Assembly: GCA_026770705.1 (NCBI GenBank)
Contig: JANJGN010000146.1
Span: 930,001-994,000 of the forward strand
DNA length: 64,000 bases
Direction: 5' to 3'
Origin: Isurus oxyrinchus
Lineage: Eukaryota
Both the position numbers and the translations under genes were made by a program. Numbering within the stretch: position 1 is the stretch's first letter; every line of letters starts with the position of its first letter. The notes under the pieces were generated by a model, which was given only the letters and a program-made list of their open reading frames with translations, was not told the origin of the DNA and searched no databases. This document shows, one piece after another, positions 39,351 through 52,075 of the stretch.

Positions 39351-40354
39351 ATAATTCAGATTCAGAATGTTTCCGTTTCGTATTTTGAGTGGCTCAGGAA
39401 ACTGACTGGAAAATAAACAGCCGTAAACCGGCTTAATACCAGTGTAATGATAATTACTTGGAGATCTGTCACCGCCATGGACTCTGCGTATCTGGAAAGA
39501 CCACATCTTCCTCGGGAACGGATCACGATAGTCAACAAGTTAGCTGTAAGGGAGAGAGAGCGAGAGAGAGAGAGAGGAGAGACAAGGGAAGAATTAGTGC
39601 TGAATCTCCCAGCTACAACGTCCGTTTGGCGGGAGAATGGTATGGCACATGGACCATCAATACTTCATTCAACGCTGGAACTGATTACTTTGCCAATGTA
39701 TTAATGCTGGTCCATTTTTTATTTATATTGTCGCAGATGAAGTGGAAGTCGGAATATAAAATGACACAAAACACTACTTTCCGACTGATGTAAATTTTAT
39801 GTAATCTAGAAGTAGAAGGAATTGATCTTCATTAAATTGACAAAAGGACAACCTGAGAATGGCATAAAAATACAGATAAAAGTTCAGTACATTTATTCAT
39901 TTATAAATACAGTAAATGATAACATTATGAAACGTTAAACCGCTATAACAATGAAAGCAATCGAATGACAGGACATAAGATATGGGTAATAACGAATTCC
40001 TAATAAATATCAGAAGGAACCAAGGTACGATCAAAAAGAAAATTTGGACTTTGCCCCTGTGGAAACAAGTCAAAGCGCATCAAAGGCTTTTTTGCAGTTC
40101 AGTGATTGCAGTAGTGGAAGATCAGGTCTCGCAGCAGTAGTGTGGATTTTCAACTGATAAAACAGCAAGGCCTTGGCTTAGAGCCTCGTCAGAAGGACGA
40201 CAGAATATACAGTGCTGGACAATCTCAGGGGCATGAAGCTCGGCTACGGACACGAGATCGGAAGTAGGGATCAAACCCAGGGCTTTCCGAATGATCACTG
40301 AGGTTTCAAAATTTAGTTGAGCGAAATAAAGTGGCTATGAGCATAATGAATTCC

Positions 40355-41240
40355 GGCTTCGAAGGTTACCACACAGCCTTGACAACAAAGTGCACTTCTA
40401 AGGTGAATTGAATGCAGCTGTTAACCGCAGCAACGGAGTTAAAAATGGTGGTCATCACAGGTCATCGACTGCAATGATTGATGTTAAAGTTACGCATTGC
40501 AAATCGAACAGCAATAAACATGTGGTGGATAAACAATAACATGGAAAATACTTACCACTATCATTTATAGTTTCACGCTAATTAGAAAATATGGTGACGT
40601 GCAATGGTTAAGCTTAAAGCGCAGAGGAAAATTCTCTTCCACAAATTGTATTCCTTCTCCCACAGTTTGCTCATTCAGTTATCCAACAACAATCCTTCGC
40701 AATGTCCTGTTCTTCTCTAAATTATTGACTGTACCACATGGCTTATTTTCGGCAGCAATTTGGATACAAAACTTACTGTTGCTTCATTTTGATCCTTCTA
40801 AATGCAGTGAAACTCTGAGGTCCAAATACAAATCCTGCGAATCAGCTGTCACCCCCTGTCAATTCAACTGTATTCGCACGATCCATCAACAAATTAGATG
40901 AGCTTTGTACACACCGCAGCCATCGTGAGTTAAATTTACATCGATATCAATGTAAATTAATATCTAACCATTTAAAATAAATGACCCGTTTAATGAAGAA
41001 ATTGAGGTGTAAATTACAATATTGAAGTAACAATTAAACTATACTATGCAGCATCTGTATCATTGCCAATAATCCTGTCAACACAAGAAACAGAACGCCT
41101 GGGAACTCATAAATCAGTCTTGAATGTCTTGCCATTGGAGCGCAGCCAAAAACCTGTAGAAGCTACATAGTAAACATCTGACCCTCAAAGATTCACAGTT
41201 AAGCAAAGGTTGATGAGAACTAATTCCGGGAAAAAAATAT
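40355..41240 (+). repeat. ~870-bp direct duplication, copy 2
   Basis: See copy 1. Both copies end at aattccgggaaaaaaa. Confidence 0.92.
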
Positions 41241-42021
41241 GTAGAATACAATGAACAATGCCAGATAGTACAGGAAGCTACAGAGACAAGACGCATGCCC
41301 CTGTAAAAGCCATTACCCAGACACAAAACTAGAGAGGCATAGCTCAGCCATCTTTAGGATACAAAGGGTTGAGTTATGAGAGAATTCCCTTTAAAAGTTA
41401 AGACAAATGTACACTGTACTATTAAGAAATTATATTGGATTTTAAGAATAACTTCTTCAAATCAATATTTGTTTGAATATCCAGATTGTTCAATGCAGTG
41501 GATTTATAATTTTATGCTATCTTACATAGGATTGCTAGGTTATATTCGATGATATAGTATTGATATAGATATGAGTTGTAACCTCATACTGAAATTCTCA
41601 CGAACCCACATATAAGTAACAATATCATAGAAATTGTAAGTTTGCTTTCTAAGTGCGGATATTGGTAAACGTTTAAAGAGTTTTTTTCTTACTGTAATAT
41701 ACCTGTAGTAATATTCTACCCTGGTATAATTTTTCTGGTTCGAAAACTCTGAGGAGTGAAGGTATTTTATTTCGGGTCCACGTTTATAGCTCGTAAAGCT
41801 GACTATATTATTTTAATAATCTATTTCTTTCTGAGATGAGGTTTTAAGCCAACAAAAACATTCAGTGTGTTGGTTTAACTTTCCGTGTGGTAAAGTGAGT
41901 AAAACCATAAATAGGCAGTCAAAAACCTCTTACCAATTTCTTTATAATCTAATTTACATCATCATCCAAAATCGACTTCATTAATTCTTCTTTGTAAAGA
42001 TAGGGTATTAATAGGAGATGA

Positions 42022-42059
42022 CGTTTTTGTACAGCGTTCTCGCTCCTTGCTACACTGTG
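42022..42059 (-). other. Recombination signal sequence (23-type, 22-nt spacer)
   Basis: CACAGTG (42053-59), 22 nt, ACAAAAACG (42022-30), directly after YFCAV. Confidence 0.9.
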
Positions 42060-42376
42060 TGTACAGCACAGAAGTAGGTGGCAGTGTCTGTGAGACTCAA
42101 GGCTGAGATGGTCAGGGAGTTGCTTTTCAACAAACTTCGAATGACGGCTCTAAAGTCATTGTTTGCCGACACCATTAACAGCAGCTTTGGGCTCTGGTTC
42201 GGAGACTGAACTTACCAATATATCACAGAGAATGGGATGGTTTTGCAGCAGTGTATCAACATCGTTTTCTGTTCACCCGGATTCTGTAATGGATAAATTT
42301 GTATAACATCTTCTTTACATTTAACACACAAAGTGATCACTAGACCAAAGCCACCAGCTCTAATCTGTCCCAACAT
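42060..42376 (-). pseudogene. TCR alpha-type V segment pseudogene, leader apparently contiguous with V
   Basis: MLGQIRAGGFGLVITLCVKC-KEDVIQ..LIHC..IYW*VQSPNQSPKLLL..SNSLTISALSLTDTATYFCAV. In-frame TAA at 42212-42214, and a short CDR2/D-strand region. Confidence 0.88.
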
Positions 42377-45300
42377 GTATCTCAGAACATAGGAGCAGCT
42401 TTCAACTCTACAGCCCTGCTCCATATTCAATTAGTTATCATTTCGTCTGATGCATAAATTTATTTGCTTTCCTTAGCCCAATACCCCATGATGTAATTGT
42501 GCTTAGCTAAGGAACATCTTGGAAATATAGCGAAAGAAATACAAAAAACTGTGTTTGTGTGTGTAGTCATTCATTCTTGTTTGAGTTAATAAAGAGGTAA
42601 GATACCCCTTGAGAAAATAGAGCCTAAATGTGGCAGAGGACAAGGGAGTCTGCTGGGACTGTTGCAGGATGAGCAGCGACAGCGTTTATCAAGGCAATTG
42701 GGCACATAAGAAGAAAACTGGGTTTCATTTCTAAAGGGAGGAAAGCTGAAAATCAGAAAAGTTGCTTTTCTGATACACTGAAGTTCGTTAGGTCACACGT
42801 GAATCTCTGTCCTAAGTTCTAGTTTCTATTTCGATGCATTTGTTTTTAATCTCATGACCCGAATTTTGAGATCATACTGGCCAGATACCATGCCAACGAT
42901 TTGTCTCGTATATCTAGAAATGAATAAAGTGGGTTTTGCCCCTATAATAGTCTTTGGGTTACAGAAGTATTCGAGAAAACATATATAAGGAAAACGTCTC
43001 TACTTGTGGGAGATACTAGAAGTAGTAGCATACGTATAAGATAGATGAAGAGTTGTACGGGAATTCTCTTACTTAGCGTAATCAGATGCACAGACTTGTT
43101 GGGCTGAGCACCCTGTTTCTGCGCTGCATATCCTGTCTAACTACTTAACGCTTCGAATGGAGTCAAGAGCTTCGGATTCACAACCTTCTCCATGGAAGAA
43201 ATTCAGTTTTCCCTCAAAAATAGCCTACCTCTAATTTTAAGATTATATACGCTCGTCCTTTATTCTCCTATAAGAAGATTTTTTTTTTCTGTATCTACCC
43301 TGTCAAACAGTTAAACAGTAAACCACCTCTAACAGGTCTCCTTTCAAGACTCGATGGTCAATGGAATACAACGGACAATTCTGCAACCCTTCCCCATAAT
43401 TGCATATCATATCTCCTGCATCCTGCTGGTGAATCTGTGCTGTATTAACTAGGAAGCAAATTAATGTTGCCTTTGGTGAGGCGCAGAGAGCTGAATGCAT
43501 TCATGCAGATACCGTCTGACCAGACAACTGAAGTCTAACTTTTGCTGCTCCATGTCCCAGTTACCTTCTATAAGGACTCACTTTGTTTTCGCCATTCTGA
43601 TGGTATTTTCTGTCCCTCTACTCGCTTTCAATGATTGTAAAAGTGGACACTTAAGCCTCTTTAAATTCCTTCCTTTCTCCACGTTTAGGTTTTGGAGGTT
43701 CAGGGTGAAAGCCCTCACACCTGCACACAGTAAACTCAATCTGCCACATTGTATCCATTCATTTATTCCGTCAACTTCCTCATACAGCCACATACATAAT
43801 TTAATTAAATATGCAATCTTGGGTGTATAATTCACTTTCATTTACTCCAGGTCATTAATAATGTTCGTAATAACTATGCTTACATATTTGGAGGGACAAA
43901 ATGTAATAAAATCTTGCACATTCTGTCAGTATTGTTTTACACATTTAAATACTCACATGTTATAAAACTGACTGGAATGGACACTAATATCAATCTGAAA
44001 TGTTCTTGCATCATGTGCATTGAAAGGGCCTAGATTCTGCTCAAAGTATTGTTGCAGAATTAGAGAAATGTAAGAGGGACTAAAGGATAGGCTGGACCTG
44101 CTTCATTGATTCATACATCCGAAAATCAAACGCACCGACAGCTTCTCCCGCATGTTACTTCGCCATTGCTGGTCACGAGGGTAAGTTCCATCATTTAGGA
44201 AAGGAAGTAATACTCAGTGCAGCGCCGCCCTCAAATACAGCCCCGAGGTTAATGCTGGCGGGTTCAGCAGCCGAGGTTTTATACATTAGCGTGACAGAAA
44301 TTCGACCCGCATCACAATAAGAGACTCGTGTTTCCCTTAAAATCAATAATATACATTATTTCAATGATAATTTTCTCATTGATCTGCTCACACTGCAGGA
44401 ACAATTGATCAGGACCGTCTGATTTCTAAGCGTTCGGCTTTTAAAAAAAAATGTCTTTATTTGAAATATCACCGAGTGGATATAGGATATTTTCGTACAT
44501 TTTGGAAAACGCACGTGAAATTTTGAATGTTGATCTGCTTTATATTAAATGAAGTTTCCAGAAGATATCTTATAGTATTGTTCACCATCTCTGGGGTATT
44601 AAAAACAAATTGTGTTTGAGACACTTTTTACAGCACTCAGTGTGACAATAGCAAGAAGTGCCTGCCATGCTTAAGCTATTACGAGTGACGATCCACAGAT
44701 GAGTCAACATTAGCACATTCTTCCTAACGCTGATTAACAGGCAGTGAATTGTTGGTCCGGGGAACAAAGCAGACATCGGGCCCCATTTAAAGTCAACTAT
44801 TATCTGCTTCCATTTTTAAAACTGCAAACACTTACATTTTGTTTGTTATTATTATTGGTTAGAATGCAAACCAGTTAGGACTTTTAAAGCAACTTTTTTT
44901 GGTTTAGCTTTTCAACCGGGCCGTATCTCTGCAGTGATGAGTGTTCGCAAGCACAAATCCAAAGAGCTACACGGACAATCATGGTCCGGAGGTGTATTTA
45001 CATAGTTTTATATTTTAATTACGTGAATAAGTCATAGAAATGTTCACGCATTAATGACAGAAAAATGTCTCATATTTAACATTAAATTAGCTCGCCTTCG
45101 GCACTGAGCATGGAGACGGAGTCTTGTTGCATGTAACTTATGTGCCATTTGGGAAGCCCAGGACGATTTGTTTGTCCTCTTTCTCAACACAAGCAGGTGT
45201 ACCTCCAGTTGCTCGTTGTCCAGCTCAGGCTCTTTGAGCGTGAAGAAACGCTCAGGCCACATGGAAGGCTGAGAATCATCGAGACCGCACATTAGGATAA

Positions 45301-47447
45301 TTTCAATTGGTTTTCGGGCCATAATATCTAGCTTTGCAGATTATTGGAAGTTATGCAATCCACTAGTGACGTGGGAAATAATTGACGCATTCTGGTGATA
45401 CAGACACTCACATAACAGGTAACACTTATCTCGGAGAAGTATTAAATTCTCTATTTTGGTAGGTATAGTGAGGAAAGGTAATATGGATTAAATACGCGAT
45501 TTTATCAGGGGGCAAGAGCTCCTGGAGTTATATGAAACCAAAATTTGTAGGTCACAGGACGAACAGAGATGGCTGCTCAGGATCATAGATTTCCTAATAG
45601 AGGAATGATTTTCCTCTAAGCCTTTGTCAAATACTGGGTGCTAGTCCAGACTTAGGGTTTTTGGTGTAATTAATATGTTACGTGCTAACTAAGAGATCGG
45701 CCACTTAGAACTGAGGTCGCAATAAATGTTCACACTCAGATATTGTGAATCATTGGAAATCTCGACCGCAAATGGACTGTATGTTTATTCAAGACAGATA
45801 TCGAGAAATCAGACAATCAAATAAATGTTGCAAGGAATTTCAGTCAATAATTTTAGTCTGTATTCTAGCGAGTGACAAAGGAGCCTGGAGTGTCAGAATA
45901 ACCTAATCTTGCTTCTGTATCTTATCTATTTTATCCATATGAATAGGATAGAAAAAATATTAATTCTAACATTCTCTGCCTGTTTTCGTCATCTAGAATA
46001 GAACAGAGATGGTAATGTGTGGGATCTGTTTCGTCCTGATGCCTTTGTAAGACATGTGACAAATATGGCAGACATTTCCTTTTATCGATGTGTTGTAATT
46101 TTAGTGAATGGTCTCCCTTTATGTTAAATTTATGTTATCTGACAATTTAATAAGTTCAAGGCCATATGTTTGCATTCATAGTCATCACCCATACATAGAA
46201 AAATAATATTGATAACAATTTCTCATATAGATTTTCAAAGGACTTTCTGCAGGTTTAAAATGTAATACCTATAAAATGTAATACCTATGAAGGCAGATAT
46301 AGGATAAACAAACTACGTATGAAAACATATTTCATGATGTTTTAACATAATGCAATTTAAATTTATGGGTTTCAACATTATTGCCATTGTTTGTGATGCA
46401 TCATTAAATTCGATTTTCCACCTGGCTGAAATCCTTCTCCACTTGTTTCTGAGTGTTTTAATGAACAGAAGCGCATCATTAACAATGTTAACGGTATGAA
46501 TTTTAGAACAGCACTGAAATTAGTCATCGGTTTGGCACTGATTTTTTTTTCTGAGTTCAGGTGTAGTTTCTACGCTTTGAAAGTTTGAAGTTGCAGAAGG
46601 ATTTTATTCATCATTTGCATTTAATAGAGTGTTTCGGGCAACACAAGTTTCTGGGGAATTCCTATTACAGCTCCCTGGTTGAAGAGGACCGGCTGATGCG
46701 TTCCTGCCCTAACATCAACCCTTTGACCATTACTTTCTCTCTTATTACATGTTACGTGTTCCAGACATTACTTCACCAGGTTTAGCTGCGAAAAAAAACA
46801 GTTTTAGCAAGGATCACTCGAAAAACTTTGCTCTTGGCTGAACTGCCAATCTAATCATTCAACGGACGACAATTACAGCGCCAAACAGGGACTCCCTGCA
46901 TTTCTTATGTCACCTGCCTCGATGGAGGCATTTTCTGAAGTTATACCGTATGGACCTGAAGGTTACCACATACCCAAGAGAGATGAAGACAAGCTCATTC
47001 CTGACCTATCTACAGTAAGCAAAGTGACGTCCCAAGCAAATAAATCTGACCTTGATTGAACTGATCTCCCTTCACCGCTTGGAAATGCTTTCAGTTAAAC
47101 TATGCGTTACGCACTGCAACTCACGTCATCAACAAAGTTTTTTTTAAAAATCACTATAATGTAAACCCAGTCCTTGCTGAAGTCTTTCTTTGCTATTTCA
47201 CTAGAGATGCACCAGAGAAATATGACTTTCATGTTTGGATCGATAACTTGGAAACTAAATCGAACTCAATCCACTCTATAGGCCGTGTTGATACATTTGG
47301 GGCTTTGGTACAGTTTGCAAATATTTATCTGAACCGCTACATTATATTTGTCCTGTGACTCTGACAGCACACCGTAGTGTTGTTCTTCTCACTACCAGGC
47401 TCCACAGTCGCAATGAGAGCTTACCTCCAAGTCACAAGGGCCCATCA

Positions 47448-47486
47448 AGTTATTGTACAAGTGTCGGGCTGGTTCTAATTGCTGTG
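47448..47486 (-). other. 23-RSS
   Basis: CACAGCA (47480-86), 23 nt, ACAATAACT (47448-56). Confidence 0.85.
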
Positions 47487-47797
47487 AGCGTCAAGACGCA
47501 GTAATACATAGGCTGCGTCAGAGAGCTGCAGTTTGGAGAATTTTAAGGTAATGATGGTATTCGTAGTGACCAGTACAGACGAGAAAAGACTTCGAGCAGA
47601 ATGTGCTCTCATTTGGCAACCAGCCGAAACCCTGCGAAGTAGAATTTGTGATTCTTTGCCCGGGTATTGCAGGACCCAGAATAAGCTGAAGGAACCTTTG
47701 GTACTGAAATAGATGCAGTCTGAAATTGTAATGCCTCCTTTTGTCCAAACCACTGTCAGGAGGCGTTGTGTCACAGAGATTTCCTGAGTCAGGCCAG
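47487..47797 (-). pseudogene. TCR alpha/delta-type V segment pseudogene
   Basis: Acceptor taaag|CT GGC. EISVTQ..SDCIY..LFWVLQYPGKESQILLRR..LQLSDAA, then a +1 insertion before ATG TAT TAC TGC (YYC), so the second Cys is out of frame. Same family as the V at 50516. Confidence 0.88.
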
Positions 47798-49084
47798 CTT
47801 TAAATGGAAAATGCAAAAGCTATCCCATTTATAAAGTGCTGTTACGTTTGGTTCAAAATTACTACCAAGAATACTTATCCGTGATAAGTGCTCCAAATAC
47901 GGCACCGAAAAAGAGTAAGTGCACTGCCGCTTTCATTAACACAGTAACCTATAGAAACTGGCACAAATTGACCTCTGAAAGTAGCCGCATTGAGGGTCGA
48001 TGTTCCCTTCTTGTGTCCCCAGTGATATGTTGTAATGTTCAATCTTTCGGGTAAAACACGGCTACGAGTCTCCAGGCAATGAGAGAGGAAATGTTACAAT
48101 CGCACAAGCTGCAAGCATCAAAAATCCAAACAGGATAACGATTTTATTCAGAGGGAAGGAAGCAATATATTTTTATAGTATCTAATTTAGGTTATTCGCT
48201 CTCGACGTATTTGTGAACTTGTTGCAATCACTAACAGCTGGACATTACGATTGAATTTCACCAAATGCATTGAAGTTCACCAACGTCTTGTATATAATGT
48301 AGCGTGTCACAGAACGTGGCATAAGTCAGTAACTTGCACGGGATATTTTGTAAATATTGAACCTTTTTTTTTTGTTTGAGTTCCAGTAAAGGCACTAGAA
48401 TATTAGAGTCCTGCACGAAGTTCACAAAAAATAAACAAGGGACGTATAAATAAAAGGTTTCCCCTGTGGACAATTTTGTTACATTATTAGTTACCAACTG
48501 CTCATCTAAACGGTACTTTGTATTTTACTTCCTTCGGTGACATTAACAAGTGCAATAATTTGCATAGTGAATGAAATACTAACTATATCGCTTTTGCCAT
48601 AGCAAAGCTTCCATGAGACCTGAAACACACGTGGGCATTTTTAGCCGTTGAGGTTATGTTAAAACCACCTCGTGAGGTGACGCTTCTCGCCACTGCTGTA
48701 AGCTGGGAGCGACAGTTGCGGTACAAGGTGGGACAGAACGAGACAGGTGCACTTCCGGCTCTAATGGCGGCTCCTTATCTCCAACTGAGTGGTGACAGAA
48801 GAAAAAGGCTGAATGGAAAGTAGGGCAATTCTATGAGACAAAATATTCAAAGAAAATGATTAAACATTTGAAAACGCTGGTGACACTACATGTTCACTCT
48901 CCAAGTGCATTTCTGGGGAACTGATTATAGAATTTATTTATTTTTTTAAATAAAGGACATGAATTAGGATCGGAACAGACAAGGGGGTGGGGAATGTTTT
49001 CATGGAAAACATGAAACTAAGGCTGCTCTTTACATACTTTACGTGTAAATTTACGCCATGCAACATCACCTCTTAAGAGCAGAC

Positions 49085-49445
49085 AATGGCTTAGTAGCAA
49101 TGTCACTAGAGTAATTATTCAGACACTCAGGCTCATCTTTGGAGGATGCCTATTCAAATCCCACCACAGAAAGCTGGTAAAATTAACTTAAAATCTGAAT
49201 TTATAATTCATTTCAATGATCCTGTCTGTGAATTATCAGTGATTGTCACAAAACCCATGTGGTTCACTGATATCCTTCAGGGAAGGAAATCTGTCGCCCT
49301 TACCTGGTCTGGCCTCTATGTGACTACAGATTGATTGTTAACTGCCCTTTGATGAAACACCCTAACAAGCCATTCAGCTCAGTGACATTTAGGGATGGAC
49401 AGTTTATGCAGGTCTTGTCAGCGACGCCAACATCCTATGAAAGAA
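49085..49445 (+). mobile_element. tRNA-derived SINE with LINE-like 3' tail
   Basis: A-box-like TGGCTTAGTAG, B-box-like TTCAAATCCC. The 3' end (tagggatgg..gtcagcgacgccaacatcc) resembles the tail of the local LINE family. Confidence 0.75.
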
Positions 49446-50476
49446 CTATAAGAGATTTAGGAAGCACGTCAGGAAACTTTAGCCCAGCAAACCCCCAAAA
49501 AGCAGCAATGTGATCCTGAAGATGTCACCCCTTTTTATTATATTGATTGAGGATAGATGTTCACCAACAGATCAGGCAGATCTTTAATTTCCTCCCTTCC
49601 ATCCTACTCACCTTCCTAACTTCACCCTTCCTCGGCCCTTCCTGATTTCGTTCTTCCATTCCTCCCATCGAAATTCTTCAATATGTAATGTGAAGTTTTC
49701 ACTGTCACAACTGAATGTTGTAGCCCACAACTGATACACCACAACTGTTCTGTTATTGAGCAGATTCTGTGTGACTTTAACACTGTCTATTCCTGCACAC
49801 GCAGGTATACCGCGGAGTACCAAGTTATAGACTTGTGAATATCAAATGCAATTTGCCATTTTATACAATAGATATTGATGTTGAATCTGTAGACCGTGTA
49901 TTCGGTGTCAAAAGGTGGGATGAGCCACATTTGCAATAAACAAAATCAAAAATAAAAGTACATCTAAAAACCTCAGCATTTCTGACAGCAACAGCGGGGA
50001 GCAACACAGTTATCGTTTGGAGTCCGCATAACTCTTCAACAGAACGTGCCTGCTGTCCGAATAAGCGTATGCAAATGGTTGTAGTTTCTTCATCTTTGCC
50101 CCTTCCCAATGTTGAGAACACATTCCACCATTAAAGTCATGTTCAGACGGAGTCTGCCGCTCTGCCAGCATGAAGTATTAATTCAGGGCACTGGGAGAGC
50201 TGCAATGCCCTTCTTGAAATATGCCAATGAATCATTTATGTGTAAAGGAGGAAGCAAACGGGGCTACAGTACAATACATTCGAAAGCTCCCACAGTTCTA
50301 CACCGAAATGCCAGTCTACATTAAAAACGCAATCTCCAGACTGGGACTTAAAATAACATTTTCTGATTCTGAGGCCAGAGTGCCACCACTGATCCACAAA
50401 TCTGTAAAGGAATAACAGCAGTGCGACGGCTGATTGAAGCAGGGAATTCAGAGAATTCACAACAACTGGAGCTGAT

Positions 50477-50515
50477 AGTTTTTGTACCAGTGGTAAGGAT
50501 TTATGTAACGTGGTG
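50477..50515 (-). other. 23-RSS with non-canonical heptamer
   Basis: CACCACG (50509-15), 23 nt, ACAAAAACT (50477-85). Confidence 0.75.
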
Positions 50516-50823
50516 CTTCATAGCCGTGCAGTAATACACGGCTGAGTCAGAGAGCTGGGTGTCTGTGATGTTCAAAGGGATGTTTGTGTTGCTCCTATCC
50601 TGTACGGCTGAAAAGCGCTTTGCAAAAGCTGGTGCATTCTCTTCATTCCCAGCCGTGTGTCTGAGCAGCACATACTGAAGGCCTTTTCCCGAGTACTGTA
50701 CATACCAGAATAGGTAAGCAGTTGTGTATGTCGCTGGGTAGATACATGACAACACCGCAGTATCTCCTTCACTCACTGCTACAATTGAGGGTGTTTGGGA
50801 AAGTCTCTCCTGTTGGGCGCATT
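50516..50823 (-). CDS. TCR alpha/delta-type V segment, V exon (open)
   Basis: Acceptor ttttccag|AA TGC. QERLSQTPSIVAVSEGDTAVLSCIY..YLFWYVQYSGKGLQYVL..RFSA..LNITDTQLSDSAVYYCTAMK, with both canonical Cys and the Trp present. Confidence 0.93.
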
Positions 50824-51292
50824 CTGGAAAACAATAACAGAATGTTATCAATGCAACTTTTAGATTTTTTTCATTCGGACAAAATAATCTTTCCAATGCA
50901 CACGCACACGCGCGCACACACGGGCTCAGGTTAAATCATTCCCTTCAATACAACGGTTGACTGCATTTCGAGTGTGAACGACAACAACAAAAACAGGGAG
51001 CTTCAGCGATTTCACCCCTCAGTTAACTGATCCCAGGCCATCATCGGTGTAAATTGCTTCTGGCAGTGTTCAGCCAAGGCTACCGTTTCTGCAGGAAATA
51101 GAGAAGCCCTTCTCCGGCCCGCTGAGACAATGACAGGTCAGCTTGTGACTAATTTAGATAATGTACGAACACTCACTGACCAGTGAGCGAAGTCGAGGAA
51201 GCTGACCTCATCAATGGAGTGAAGAAAAATTGGAGGAAAAATAACAATACAGTTAACAAAATAAAAGCGTTACAATCGCATGAAATACTTAC

Positions 51293-51353
51293 TTGGTTGA
51301 ACATTTATGAGGAAAAGGAACACTTTGACGACACACTGGCGATCAGAAGACAT
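51293..51353 (-). CDS. Putative leader exon of the V segment at 50516-50823
   Basis: 61-nt phase-1 exon MSSDRQCVVKVFLFLINVQP A|gtaagt, splicing in frame to the V exon. Confidence 0.65.
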
Positions 51354-51469
51354 GTTGAAGTTGTATCCTGTGCCAGAATTTCATGCTGTACGGAAGTATG
51401 TGATGTATATTCAAGACATTTGTTACATCCTACCACCACGTTTAGCTGCACATGAGTATGACTCCGAGA

Positions 51470-51525
51470 TTTATAAACAACACAAAAATTGCAAATGGAA
51501 GTTTCCTCAGTTTGATGTCTCCCAG
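51470..51525 (-). promoter_or_regulatory. Possible V-gene promoter
   Basis: Minus strand: AGACATCA (CRE/decamer-like), GAGGAAACTTCC (Ets-like) and TTTATAAA, about 120-170 nt upstream of the leader ATG. Confidence 0.35.
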
Positions 51526-51859
51526 CAGCCGATAGGTGCGATGCTGGCAGGGGTGGGGCAGACAAACAAAGGCAACGAATCAAAATTTAAAAAATCCAAA
51601 TTCATATCTATAGCCCGGCCTCAATATCGAGGTACATCAATGGCATTTGTTCGTTAATAGACACAATTGATCTTTAATATTTCATTAACTCCAATAAATG
51701 CTGTTCCTTACCAGATGCAAGTTGTGTGATGGACACCAATATAACATTGGTGTCATGGACACTCACATAACAATCAACACTGCGCATTGTTATTCAATGC
51801 AGAAAGAATACACTTTGGTTTTTGTTCGGACAGAACTTCAGTATTTCTGAAAAAGAGAC

Positions 51860-52075
51860 AGGTCTCAGCTTATCACCCTGCACTCATCAGGAAACTTGCA
51901 AGAATAAAAATACATGGGAGGGGGGAGCACAATTTATACTGTATGTGAGGAGAATGATGATTGGTTGGCAAGTGGCATTTTCCTGAATAATGCACCACCT
52001 ATGGCGAAGGACAGTTAACTGCCAAGAATTGTTTGAAATTTAAGCCAGACAGCTTGACCCTGATAGGTTCAGGCT
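51860..52075 (-). mobile_element. Second PLE-type terminal repeat remnant
   Basis: Minus strand cctgatgagtgcagg (degenerate hammerhead core) within an interspersed-repeat-like segment. Confidence 0.4.

Noticed and set aside
39472-39550. Perfect Kozak CCGCCATGG starting MDSAYLERPHLP
   Set aside because: Runs into a (GA)n repeat, and I recognise no homolog or downstream exons.
47945-47992. Candidate leader exon for the V at 47487-47797 (MRLLSEVNLCQFL*)
   Set aside because: Stop codon before a weak donor and the wrong phase. It may be a decayed leader but is not supportable.
49085-49170. tRNA gene
   Set aside because: The A/B boxes belong to a SINE head and no cloverleaf is evident.
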